NCBI GenBank assembly: GCA_011364985.1
Contig: RDOC01000011.1
Span: 1-21,287 of the forward strand
Source of the DNA: Candidatus Thorarchaeota archaeon
Lineage (GTDB): Archaea > Asgardarchaeota > Thorarchaeia > Thorarchaeales > Thorarchaeaceae
Reading direction: 5' to 3'
DNA length: 21,287 nt
This document shows, piece by piece, positions 8,418 to 16,427 of the stretch. The notes below the pieces were generated by a model. That model did not search any database, had not been told where the DNA came from, and was given only the letters and a program-made list of their open reading frames with translations. Numbering within the stretch: position 1 is the stretch's first letter; every line of letters starts with the position of its first letter. A program made the position numbers and the translations under genes.

Positions 8418-9557
8418 ATGCAGAGCGACCCTAACACCTTCTATTATGGATATGAAGTAGGACCAATTCGTCCTCCAAGCGAAGCAAGAAGTCTATTGCT
8501 TAGAGTGACTCGAAACTGTCCTTGGAATAGGTGTGCTTTTTGTTCTATCTACAAGCAGTCGGAGTTCTCAGAACGAGTTGTCGCCCATATTAAGCAAGAC
8601 ATTGATTCAATTGCTAGGCACATAGAAAGCCTTGTGAACCCGTTTTTGGGACGTATTATGACAGGCAAACGAAGACACGAACCAGCTGGCACTCAAGCTT
8701 ATTGGATGGCATTCAACTGGTTTCGTCACGGCATGAAGGCTGTATTCATTCAGGATGCAGACAGCCTCAGCATGCCTGCATCGGATATCATCGAAATTTT
8801 GACCTATTTGCATGACAAGTTCCCATCTATTGAACGAGTCACATCCTATGCTCGATCTAGCACAGTAGCCAAGATAAGTAAGGATAGTCTGAAAGCCATG
8901 AGAGAGGCCGGTTTGAATCGGATTCACATTGGCATGGAGTCAGGTTCGGATGCTGTCTTGAAGATGGTAAAAAAGGGAGCATCAAAGGAGATTCACGTGA
9001 AGGCAGGGCTTAAGGTAAGGGCTGCAGGAATTGAGCTGTCTGAATACGTAATGCCGGGACTTGGTGGCATACGACTGTCCAGAGAACATGCACTGGAAAC
9101 GGCATCTGCACTCAACAGGATCAATCCTGACTTCATACGATTCCGGCAGTTGGCAATTCCAGTGACAGCTCCTCTTCATGCAACGCTGGAAGCAGGAAGA
9201 TTCGAGAGATGTACTGATCTTCAAGTCATGCACGAACTCCGGTTGTTAATCAGCAATTTGGATGGAATTAAAAGCTCAATTGTCAGTGATCACATACTCA
9301 ATCTGCTTCAGGAAGTTGAAGGCGGACTACCTGAAGACAAAACTAGGCTGCTTTCAATAATCGACGAGTTTCTTGAGATGAACCCACAAAGGCAACGGCT
9401 TTTTCAGCTAGGTAGAAGGCTTGGCCTGTTCTATGGACTAGGAGACTTGAAGGATGATGGAAAAATGGCACGAGTTGAAGCAGCATATCAGGCACTTGGA
9501 ATATCTCCCGAGAATATTGACGAGAAAGTCAGTGATCTTATGACACGATTCATCTAG
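8418..9557 (+). CDS. Radical SAM protein of unknown function (RPPSEA-type)
   Basis: CPWNRCAFC (CxxxCxxC) preceded by GPIRPPSEA; GMESG and SDHILN motifs; no SPASM Cys cluster seen. Start is ATG 8418 or 8406. Divergent from hdrA2. Confidence 0.88.
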   Translation: MQSDPNTFYYGYEVGPIRPPSEARSLLLRVTRNCPWNRCAFCSIYKQSEFSERVVAHIKQDIDSIARHIESLVNPFLGRIMTGKRRHEPAGTQAYWMAFNWFRHGMKAVFIQDADSLSMPASDIIEILTYLHDKFPSIERVTSYARSSTVAKISKDSLKAMREAGLNRIHIGMESGSDAVLKMVKKGASKEIHVKAGLKVRAAGIELSEYVMPGLGGIRLSREHALETASALNRINPDFIRFRQLAIPVTAPLHATLEAGRFERCTDLQVMHELRLLISNLDGIKSSIVSDHILNLLQEVEGGLPEDKTRLLSIIDEFLEMNPQRQRLFQLGRRLGLFYGLGDLKDDGKMARVEAAYQALGISPENIDEKVSDLMTRFI

Positions 9558-9848
9558 TGAAGAGAATTCGAGATTATGCATCATGCATTCATGGTCTGAC
9601 TTCATTTTTCGCGAGTCAGAATGAGAGTAAATGGCGCCAATTCATACAGGGAACTTGCAGTTAACAATTGCCAATAGATTACCTCATATATTGCGAGCAT
9701 AATACACGGTTTGGGATGCAGACATGAAAGCAACACGACTCTATACTAGAGCCTACCTAGTACGTAACAAATCGAGAGAGCACATGTCACAGCCTGACGA
9801 GCTCGCCACAATAGAAGTGAATTTTGCACCAAAGATTAGGCTGCAAAC

Positions 9849-9897
9849 GGAGTGAGTCTCAACCCTCATTCCATCAGAGCCCTCTTTTTCTTTTTTG
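9849..9897 (+). terminator. Hairpin followed by T-rich tract, putative plus-strand terminator
   Basis: GGAGTGAG-tctcaacc-CTCATTCC (9849-9872; 8 bp with one G-U) followed by TCTTTTTCTTTTTTG (about 9883-9897), facing the convergent hdrB2. Confidence 0.45.
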
Positions 9898-9946
9898 TAG
9901 TGATTTCCTGTAAGAAATGGATTCCGTTTGTTTCCTTGAGCAAACA

Positions 9947-10879
9947 TTAGATCTTGATTCCGAGACGCTCCCAGTTTGGTTCGCTCTTTCGTTGCATGTA
10001 CTGAAGGTGTGTTGCTAATCCGAATTCCTCTGGTTCATGCCCAAAGGCCAGCGCGAGAAGCTCTGATACATGGAGCACGTCAAATGTGTACGTGTGTTCC
10101 TCTCCGAAGTGCTTCTGGATCTCCACCTGTCCAGCGTCCAGCTGCAACTCGCAGAATGGACATGGAGTCACAATCATGTCTGCACCGCCTGCGGCCAGGA
10201 TACTATCAAACTTCTGTTTGGTGAAGTCAAGCGCGACCTTTAGGTCCGCAGTTCTCACAGCGCCCCCTGCGCCACAACACATGAGTTCATCCTTGTACGG
10301 GACGTATTCCGCACTCGTGGCTTCACACAGCTCTCTGAATATATGGGGTTTCTCAGAGTCATCCTTTTGCTTGACCAGCTTTGGGCGCATCCAGTGACAC
10401 CCAGGATGCAATGCCATGCGAACACCAGTCATTGGGCGAACAACATGTTTCCGTATCTTCTGGAGACCAGCGGTGTCGTAAAGCGCATCAACATAATGAG
10501 TGACCTCAATGGTACCCTTGAATTCGCGTCCAACTTCAGCTAGGGCCTCGTTTACAGCTTGACGAAGCTCTTCGTCGTGCTTAAGCTCATGGTTGGCATC
10601 CCATAGACTCGCAAAACAACCATTGCAGCCGGTCGTGACATCAGCCTTGGCCTGTTCAGCAATAGTCAGGTTTCTCGCAGCAATGCTTGCCCAAGTGACT
10701 CGGTCAAAAGAACCAAATACCCCGGGAGCCGGACAACAGCTGGCTCCTTCCATTGGCAGTAACTCCATATCTAGATCCTCAAAGACGATCTCTGTAGCCT
10801 TCTGAATACTTGGATATCTATGTGGAATAATGCACCCCAGAAAATGGATGAAACTTGGTCTCTTTGTCATTTCGCTCAC
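9947..10879 (-). CDS. hdrB: Heterodisulfide reductase subunit B (HdrB2, methanogen-like)
   Basis: FLGCIIPHRYP, SCCPAPGVFGSFD, GCNGC, HPGCH, CCGAGG, CPFCELQLDAGQ. The GTG start overlaps the hdrC2 stop (GTGA); alternative ATG at 10870. Confidence 0.95.
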   Translation of the reverse strand: MSEMTKRPSFIHFLGCIIPHRYPSIQKATEIVFEDLDMELLPMEGASCCPAPGVFGSFDRVTWASIAARNLTIAEQAKADVTTGCNGCFASLWDANHELKHDEELRQAVNEALAEVGREFKGTIEVTHYVDALYDTAGLQKIRKHVVRPMTGVRMALHPGCHWMRPKLVKQKDDSEKPHIFRELCEATSAEYVPYKDELMCCGAGGAVRTADLKVALDFTKQKFDSILAAGGADMIVTPCPFCELQLDAGQVEIQKHFGEEHTYTFDVLHVSELLALAFGHEPEEFGLATHLQYMQRKSEPNWERLGIKI

Positions 10880-11427
10880 TCCTCCTTATCTGCAACGAGT
10901 TTGTCAAAGCCAGTCTTCTTAGCAATCCTCTTTATTTCCTCAACTGCCTCAGGATGACTACTGGCATTGGGAGGTTTCGGTTCAAGACCGACTTTCATAC
11001 GAAGCTGTTCCCATGACTCCTTGTCGAGTGGAACAGCATGACCTGCTTCCAATACCTTCTGAGCGACCTTCTGGTGGGGCTCAAGCATGTAACCCTCTGC
11101 AACAGCAATATTCCGGATGGCCTTAATGACATCAGTCGGCGATACATCTTGGGGACATCTGTCTGTGCAGGTGTAGCAGGTGGTACAGTACCATAGCTCT
11201 GGCGCGGATATACACTGCTCTTTCAGTCCCAATAGTGCCTTCCGGATTATTCCGCGGACAAGGTAGTTCGTGCGAGCGCCAGCTGGGCAGGATCCACTAC
11301 AGGTTCCGCATTGGTAGCAGTTTTGGATATTCGTGCCGCCTGTTCTCTTGATCATTTGGACGAAGTCTCTGTCCACTTCATCAATATCGATTGGAGCCTT
11401 TTCCTCGACACTTGTCAATGTAGCCAC
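10876..11427 (-). CDS. hdrC: Heterodisulfide reductase subunit C (HdrC2)
   Basis: CYQCGTCSGSCP, WYCTTCYTCTDRCP, GHAVP motif. Confidence 0.95.
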   Translation of the reverse strand: MATLTSVEEKAPIDIDEVDRDFVQMIKRTGGTNIQNCYQCGTCSGSCPAGARTNYLVRGIIRKALLGLKEQCISAPELWYCTTCYTCTDRCPQDVSPTDVIKAIRNIAVAEGYMLEPHQKVAQKVLEAGHAVPLDKESWEQLRMKVGLEPKPPNASSHPEAVEEIKRIAKKTGFDKLVADKEE

Positions 11428-11457
11428 CGACTGCTATTGGAACGCAAGAAATTCGGC

Positions 11458-11463
11458 CTTAAA
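11458..11463 (-). promoter_or_regulatory. Putative TATA box of hdrC2B2
   Basis: TTTAAG on the minus strand about 31-36 nt upstream of GTG 11427, typical spacing for a near-leaderless archaeal transcript. Confidence 0.4.
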
Positions 11464-11533
11464 TCCGTTGCCAATTGGTCGTACTCACAAGACAGCAGAC
11501 TACGACTGTGGAATGCTCTTGTTCGCTCTCACC

Positions 11534-12301
11534 TCAGCCTCTTGCAACCTTCAAGATGAAGTCCTCCAGCCTTTCCAGAACAACATCTGCAATCTGTTTT
11601 CCCTTTTCTTTTGTTGCCTTTGTTGAGTATCCAACAGCTCCTGAGTCAGTGATATACTTCATCATGAATGCGGCTGAGGCTTTGGGCGGTGGTGCAAGCA
11701 TATCAGGTTCTATAAATCCCGGAACTATGCTTCGCCCTAACTCATCTACACGTTTGTCCTCAAGAACCCTCTGCCCCAAAAACCATGCAACGGATGTTTC
11801 CATATCGCAGGCATGAAAGACAGGACGAGTAGCAACTTCCGAGATCTTGTCAGAGGCAAGTGCCCACCAGTCTACGCTGAATATCTTCGCTTTGACAACA
11901 TTGTTCATTGTGTGAAGAGCGTTGGAAATCGCCGTTGAGTTACCCCCATGTCCATTAATCAGAATGATTTTCTTGAATCCATGTTGTTCAAGGGACGTAC
12001 ACACATCAACTACTATGTTTGCCAACGTAGATTCACGGAGGGTGATTGTGCCCTTGAACTGCATATGATGCGGCGAATAGCCAAAGGAGATAGTAGGAGT
12101 GACCACAACTTTCTGTTTATTCCAGACCCGCTCCGCCGCTCGCAAAGTGAATTCGGTCGCGATGAACGCATCATTATCCACAGGAAGTGCAGGACCATGT
12201 TGTTCTGTTGAACCAACCGGAACCAGAGCGACATCCGTTTCTTTCAGAATTTCCTCTGTTTCTTGCCAGGTCATTTTAGTCAATAGGTATTTCGTGTCCA
12301 T
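11534..12301 (-). CDS. Creatininase-family metal-dependent amidohydrolase (creatininase/ArfB/MftE superfamily)
   Basis: PVGSTEQHGPALPVDND, GYSPHH, INGHGGN, HACDMETS metal-binding motifs. Confidence 0.92.
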   Translation of the reverse strand: MDTKYLLTKMTWQETEEILKETDVALVPVGSTEQHGPALPVDNDAFIATEFTLRAAERVWNKQKVVVTPTISFGYSPHHMQFKGTITLRESTLANIVVDVCTSLEQHGFKKIILINGHGGNSTAISNALHTMNNVVKAKIFSVDWWALASDKISEVATRPVFHACDMETSVAWFLGQRVLEDKRVDELGRSIVPGFIEPDMLAPPPKASAAFMMKYITDSGAVGYSTKATKEKGKQIADVVLERLEDFILKVARG

Positions 12302-12411
12302 GAAGAATTCCCCAACTCAACTGACTTCTGCCAGATTTGATAGATAGCCTCTTTAAACATAAATCCATTCGAGCATCATTCAAGAAATCTGGCGGAAGGG
12401 AAGGTTCTTCA
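12301..12411. repeat. Nested inverted repeat in the divergent promoter region
   Basis: CTTCTGCCAGATTT (12325-12338) / AAATCTGGCGGAAG (12385-12398), 13 of 14 complementary. Outer arms TGAAGAA (12301-12307) / TTCTTCA (12405-12411). Palindromic TTTAAA at 12352-12357 lies between the arms. Confidence 0.75.
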
Positions 12412-12431
12412 CATCCGCCGTGCTATTCATC

Positions 12432-13505
12432 ATGATGAGATGTCCTAATCATAAGGAAATTCCCGCATCAGCTGTCTTGGGATTCTGCGGAGAGTGTATT
12501 AGGAACAATCCAAGTCTTCTGACAATGATGAAACAGGTTCACATGTCGTTTAGGAAGAAAGAAGGGCTAATTCCTCATATTCCAAGACATGGACATTTTG
12601 TTTGTCCAGAATGTGGAAATCACTGCCGCATGGTAGAAGATGAGATCGGATTCTGTCATACCAGACAGGTGAGGAAGGGGAAGGTTGTGGGGAGGTATGG
12701 CGAAGCCGTTCCTGTATATTCGTACTTTGATCCGCTGCCAACGAATTGTGTTGCTGGATGGGTCTGTTCTGTATCTTCTTCATATGGAATTGGCTCATCT
12801 CGTCCTAAGAATCTGGCTGTATTCTATGGCTCGTGCAACTCAGACTGCCTATTCTGTCAAAACACAAGCTACCGGAGTATGATGAGAACTGGTAGTCATT
12901 TGATGACTCCAGATGAACTAGCAAAGGTCGCTGACGAGAGAACGGCCTGTGTCTGTTATTTTGGCGGAGACCCAGCCTGTAATCCCAAACACTCAGTGGA
13001 GACATCCCACCTTCTGAACAAGAGACGGCGTGTTCGAGTCTGCTATGAAACAAACGGGAATATCTCAAGAAAATGGTTGGACAAGATATCAGATATCGTA
13101 AGAACAACAGAAGGCATCCTGAAGTTTGATCTTAAGGCATTGAATCCGGAGATATACCAATCACTCACCGGGATTTCGAATGCTCTTGTTCTAAAGAATT
13201 TCAAGAGACTAGCAGAGAATGGACTGAAGAGGGATGGTGAATTCCTAGTTGCCAGCATTTTGCTGATTCCTGGATATATAGGCTCTCAGGAAGTCGAAGA
13301 CCTGACGAAATTCATTGCAGACTGTGACCCAACAATACCAACAGCACTTCTCGGTTTCTATCCACATCACAGGATGCTTGACATACCACGCACGAGTGTG
13401 GCTCATGCAGAAAGCGCATTGCGAATAGCTAAGGATTCAGGACTGACGAACGTTAGAATTGGGAACAGACATCTGCTGTCTCAAGACCACTACAAGTTCC
13501 CATAG
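12432..13505 (+). CDS. Radical SAM protein, PFL-activase/AmmeMemoRadiSam-related, with a Cys-rich N-terminus
   Basis: CNSDCLFCQN motif, YFGGDP, YETNGN, KFDLKA; extra Cys clusters CPNH..CGEC, CPECGNHC..GFC and DPLPTNC..VC. Start is ATG 12432 or 12435, or GTG 12420. Confidence 0.88.
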   Translation: MMRCPNHKEIPASAVLGFCGECIRNNPSLLTMMKQVHMSFRKKEGLIPHIPRHGHFVCPECGNHCRMVEDEIGFCHTRQVRKGKVVGRYGEAVPVYSYFDPLPTNCVAGWVCSVSSSYGIGSSRPKNLAVFYGSCNSDCLFCQNTSYRSMMRTGSHLMTPDELAKVADERTACVCYFGGDPACNPKHSVETSHLLNKRRRVRVCYETNGNISRKWLDKISDIVRTTEGILKFDLKALNPEIYQSLTGISNALVLKNFKRLAENGLKRDGEFLVASILLIPGYIGSQEVEDLTKFIADCDPTIPTALLGFYPHHRMLDIPRTSVAHAESALRIAKDSGLTNVRIGNRHLLSQDHYKFP

Positions 13506-13614
13506 AAGAGTTCCAAGGGATTGCTATCTGCTCATGACGCTGTAATGAGAATAGATGATTCATAAGTGGATTCTCACGATAGACTGAATAGCAGGATATC
13601 TCATTGTGCATACT

Positions 13615-13869
13615 ATGGAAATAGAGGAATATGTGAAAGGAGCTCTCGAAAACGATCAGATCTGGGAAGAGGAAATTCCCGTGTCTGTCTTTGAGGAGGA
13701 GTTCAATCTTGAATGGGAAGAAATCAAAACAAGATTGGATTCGGTAAGGGTCCTTTGGATGGGGCAGATGTACCTTCTCAAAGATCTTTACAAGATATCA
13801 GTTGACGACGCACTGGGTGTTACGATTACGTTTGACAAGCCCAAATACACAACTGCAGGTATTCTGTGA
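13615..13869 (+). CDS. Small acidic hypothetical protein (84 aa)
   Basis: Clean ORF with protein-like composition filling the gap between the radical SAM gene and hdrC3 on the same strand; ATG 13615 (GTG 13606 alternative). Confidence 0.7.
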   Translation: MEIEEYVKGALENDQIWEEEIPVSVFEEEFNLEWEEIKTRLDSVRVLWMGQMYLLKDLYKISVDDALGVTITFDKPKYTTAGIL

Positions 13870-13933
13870 ACAAAGAAAGTGATCAAGAGAGGAGAGCGCT
13901 AGCTATTCCTTTCCTAGTATGCGAAACTAACCC

Positions 13934-13939
13934 TTATAT
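13934..13939 (+). promoter_or_regulatory. Putative TATA box of hdrC3B3
   Basis: TTATAT with purine-rich GCGAAA further upstream; SD-like GAGGA at 13981-13985 before ATG 13992. Confidence 0.4.
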
Positions 13940-13991
13940 CGACAATTCTTGGGGGTGAAATAGCAGATTCCCATCATCCAGAGGAATACGA

Positions 13992-14540
13992 ATGAACGAT
14001 CGGATTTCACGCGAAACAATAGCCACAGATGATATCGACCCCGAATTTGTTGACGCTCTGGTAGAAGCGGGAGCGGATAGAATCAGAACATGCATCCAGT
14101 GTGGAACTTGCAGCAGTGTCTGTCCCAGTGGCAGAAGAACTGCATTTCGCACACGAGAATTGATGCGAAAGGCGCTGCTAGGGTTAAAGGACGAGGTGCT
14201 ATCGAGCCCTGACCTATGGCTCTGTGCCACCTGTCTAACCTGCCTTGAGAGATGTCCGAGGCAGATCAAGGTCACTGATGTCATCATAAAGATGAGAAAC
14301 ATGGCAGTAGATGAAGGATACATGCTTCCTCAACACAGAAAGGCTTCGCAGAAGCTAATAGAAAGCGGTCATGCGGTACCTCTAGATGAAGCAAACAGAG
14401 AGATGCGAAAGGATTTGGGACTGAAAGAAGTTCCACCTACAACGCACGATGACTCAAAAGCCCTGGAAGAAACAAGAGAGATTATGAGAAAGACAGGCTT
14501 CGTCAGACTGATTGAAGGGCAAGAAAAGGAGGCAACCTGA
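13992..14540 (+). CDS. hdrC: Heterodisulfide reductase subunit C (HdrC3)
   Basis: CIQCGTCSSVCP, WLCATCLTCLERCP, GHAVP; clear paralog of HdrC2. Confidence 0.95.
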   Translation: MNDRISRETIATDDIDPEFVDALVEAGADRIRTCIQCGTCSSVCPSGRRTAFRTRELMRKALLGLKDEVLSSPDLWLCATCLTCLERCPRQIKVTDVIIKMRNMAVDEGYMLPQHRKASQKLIESGHAVPLDEANREMRKDLGLKEVPPTTHDDSKALEETREIMRKTGFVRLIEGQEKEAT

Positions 14541-14541
14541 C

Positions 14542-15438
14542 ATGACTGAGGGAGTCACCTATTCATTCTTCTTGGGATGCGTCATGCCCAATCGATTTCC
14601 AAATATAGAGAAGAGCATTAGAACTGTTATGCCGCAGCTAGGGGTCACTCTGGAGGACCTTAACGGAGCCAGCTGTTGTCCGGCCCCAGGCGTTATCAGA
14701 TCATTCCGTGAATCGACATGGCTTGCTCTAGCCATACGTAATCTGGCACTTGCTGAGCAAGCCGGACATGACCTCATTACAGGTTGTAATGGGTGTTATG
14801 GAACCTTCAAGGAAGCCCTCGCTGAGGTTAGGACAAACCCCACCAAGATGAAGGAAGTCCAAGAGATATTCAAGGAATTGGACATCAATTTCACCGGCAA
14901 GGTAGATGCCAAACATATCATCGAAGTGATACATGAGATTGGCACTGAGAATCTGGGCGCCAAGATCAAGCGTCCCCTAAACAACCTCAATGTTGCAGTA
15001 CATTATGGATGCCACCTGCTTAAGCCTAGCAAGAATCGACCCTGGGAGCAGACTCAGCGTCATACCTTCTTGGACGAATTGGTGGAGATCACAGGGGCAA
15101 AGAGCATCAAATACAAAGACAAGTACCTTTGCTGTGGAGCAGGAGGTGGCGTCCGAGGGGGCCAAGTAGCTGTAAGCGTGGATATTGCAAAGGAGAAGCT
15201 TGACAATATGATTGAAGCTGATGTGGACTGCTTAGTGGATGTCTGTTCCTTCTGCCATCTTCAGTTTGAGGCGTCGCAACCACAGCTCAATAAGGAACTG
15301 GGAGAGAAAAAATACCAGATTCCAGTAGTCTATTACACACAATTGCTTGGGCTTGCTCTTGGTATGGAACCCGATGAGCTAGGACTGCATAAACATGTTG
15401 TGAATACACAACCAGTACTTGACAAGATCTTTGCATAG
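14542..15438 (+). CDS. hdrB: Heterodisulfide reductase subunit B (HdrB3, methanogen-like)
   Basis: FFLGCVMPNRFP, SCCPAPG, GCNGC, HYGCH, CCGAGGGVR, CSFCHLQ. ATG 14542 lies 1 nt after the hdrC3 stop, with an AAGGAGG SD upstream. Confidence 0.95.
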   Translation: MTEGVTYSFFLGCVMPNRFPNIEKSIRTVMPQLGVTLEDLNGASCCPAPGVIRSFRESTWLALAIRNLALAEQAGHDLITGCNGCYGTFKEALAEVRTNPTKMKEVQEIFKELDINFTGKVDAKHIIEVIHEIGTENLGAKIKRPLNNLNVAVHYGCHLLKPSKNRPWEQTQRHTFLDELVEITGAKSIKYKDKYLCCGAGGGVRGGQVAVSVDIAKEKLDNMIEADVDCLVDVCSFCHLQFEASQPQLNKELGEKKYQIPVVYYTQLLGLALGMEPDELGLHKHVVNTQPVLDKIFA

Positions 15439-15479
15439 ATACTTCGGACAACGAATTCCCATGAAGCCTACTGAGCGGA

Positions 15480-16427
15480 TCACAACCATTTGTGTGCAAC
15501 ATAATAAACAATCATTGCCATTACTATTGCCGAGATGATGAATAGCGCTAGAAAGATAAAAGCGCGGCCTTCATCTGTGGTGGTGGTGGTAGTAGTGGTA
15601 GTAGTGGTGGTGGTTGTAGTGACTGTTACAACATCTCCGGCGGTGAAATTGGAATCTGAGCGGTCAGATGAGAAGTATATTCCATCGGTCACGTGTATCT
15701 CAATCAGATACGAGTCAAGCATGTAAAGACCCGTGAAGTTCCATTCTAGCCATGTTACGCCAATAGATGCTGCAAGCACAGTGAACGAATCACCCAGATC
15801 CGAGGAGAGAAGAACGTCAAAGGAGAGGACTTCATCATCATTCGGATCGGCGGCAGACCAAGTGATATTGTGAGTGCCGGTCCAGACTTCTCCCCCGTTT
15901 GGGCTGAGGACAATGACTTTCGGAACAAAGAAGTTGCCAATGTACACATGAGAGATTACTTCGCTATGGGATGAACCATTCGTAAGGACTGCTGTCGCGT
16001 TAATCATACAGGAGGCGTTGTTCCCAAGGCCTCTTGTGTCAACCTCTACTGTAGGGGAGGGTTCAGCGTTGGAAACTGACGAAGGGATTGCAGGAGCGAT
16101 TACCTCGATGATAGATTGAACGATCAGGAACACTGGCTTCCATGATGCTGAGATGATAACGTGGTCACCACCAATTGTATCACCGTCGCTGACTTCAATC
16201 GGAGTAGAGTCATCCAGAGTATGATAGGTCAGGTTTAGTTGAACATCTTCAGCACTCACAACTGCGCGGGTTGATTCAGAACACTGTGTCGATCTCAAGA
16301 CTGGAAACCTTGAATGAGTAAGTGGAATAGATGCAAATACCAGTGATGAAATGAGTAGTATCAGTAGAGCGGATGCTAGCATTTGCGCTGCTAATTCTTC
16401 ATTCGTGAACTTGGTCATTGTTCTCAT
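15480..16427 (-). CDS. Cell-surface protein: N-terminal signal/TM segment, Ig-like beta domain (SPNGGE type), poly-Thr linker, C-terminal TM anchor
   Basis: Hydrophobic N-terminus ALLILLISSLVFAS; VLSPNGGEVWTG..ITW motif; T15 run; C-terminal AFIFLALFIISAIVMAMIVYYV; several N-x-S/T sequons. ATG 16427 overlaps the upstream gene's stop (ATGA). Confidence 0.85.
   Translation of the reverse strand: MRTMTKFTNEELAAQMLASALLILLISSLVFASIPLTHSRFPVLRSTQCSESTRAVVSAEDVQLNLTYHTLDDSTPIEVSDGDTIGGDHVIISASWKPVFLIVQSIIEVIAPAIPSSVSNAEPSPTVEVDTRGLGNNASCMINATAVLTNGSSHSEVISHVYIGNFFVPKVIVLSPNGGEVWTGTHNITWSAADPNDDEVLSFDVLLSSDLGDSFTVLAASIGVTWLEWNFTGLYMLDSYLIEIHVTDGIYFSSDRSDSNFTAGDVVTVTTTTTTTTTTTTTTTDEGRAFIFLALFIISAIVMAMIVYYVAHKWL
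15576..15620 (-). repeat. ACN trinucleotide repeat encoding 15 consecutive Thr
   Basis: Plus strand reads TGT GGT GGT GGT GGT AGT AGT GGT AGT AGT GGT GGT GGT TGT AGT; mixed codons. Confidence 0.9.

Noticed and set aside
9589-9881. Hairpins as SECIS elements
   Set aside because: Neither shows the paired UGA/GA quartet with an apical AA, and the flanking genes have no in-frame UGA.
8418-13505. Radical SAM pair as LipS1/LipS2 of a sulfur-oxidising sHdr-lipoate system
   Set aside because: No lipoate-binding protein, lipoate ligase or TusA/DsrE gene is in the window, and the motifs look like other radical SAM subfamilies; not excluded without HMM searches.
11534-13869. Mycofactocin cluster
   Set aside because: No MftA-like precursor ending in IDGxCGVY, no MftB, and no SPASM domain.
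15576-15620. CRISPR array or phase-variable microsatellite
   Set aside because: In-frame mixed Thr codons forming an ordinary surface-protein linker; no repeat-spacer structure.
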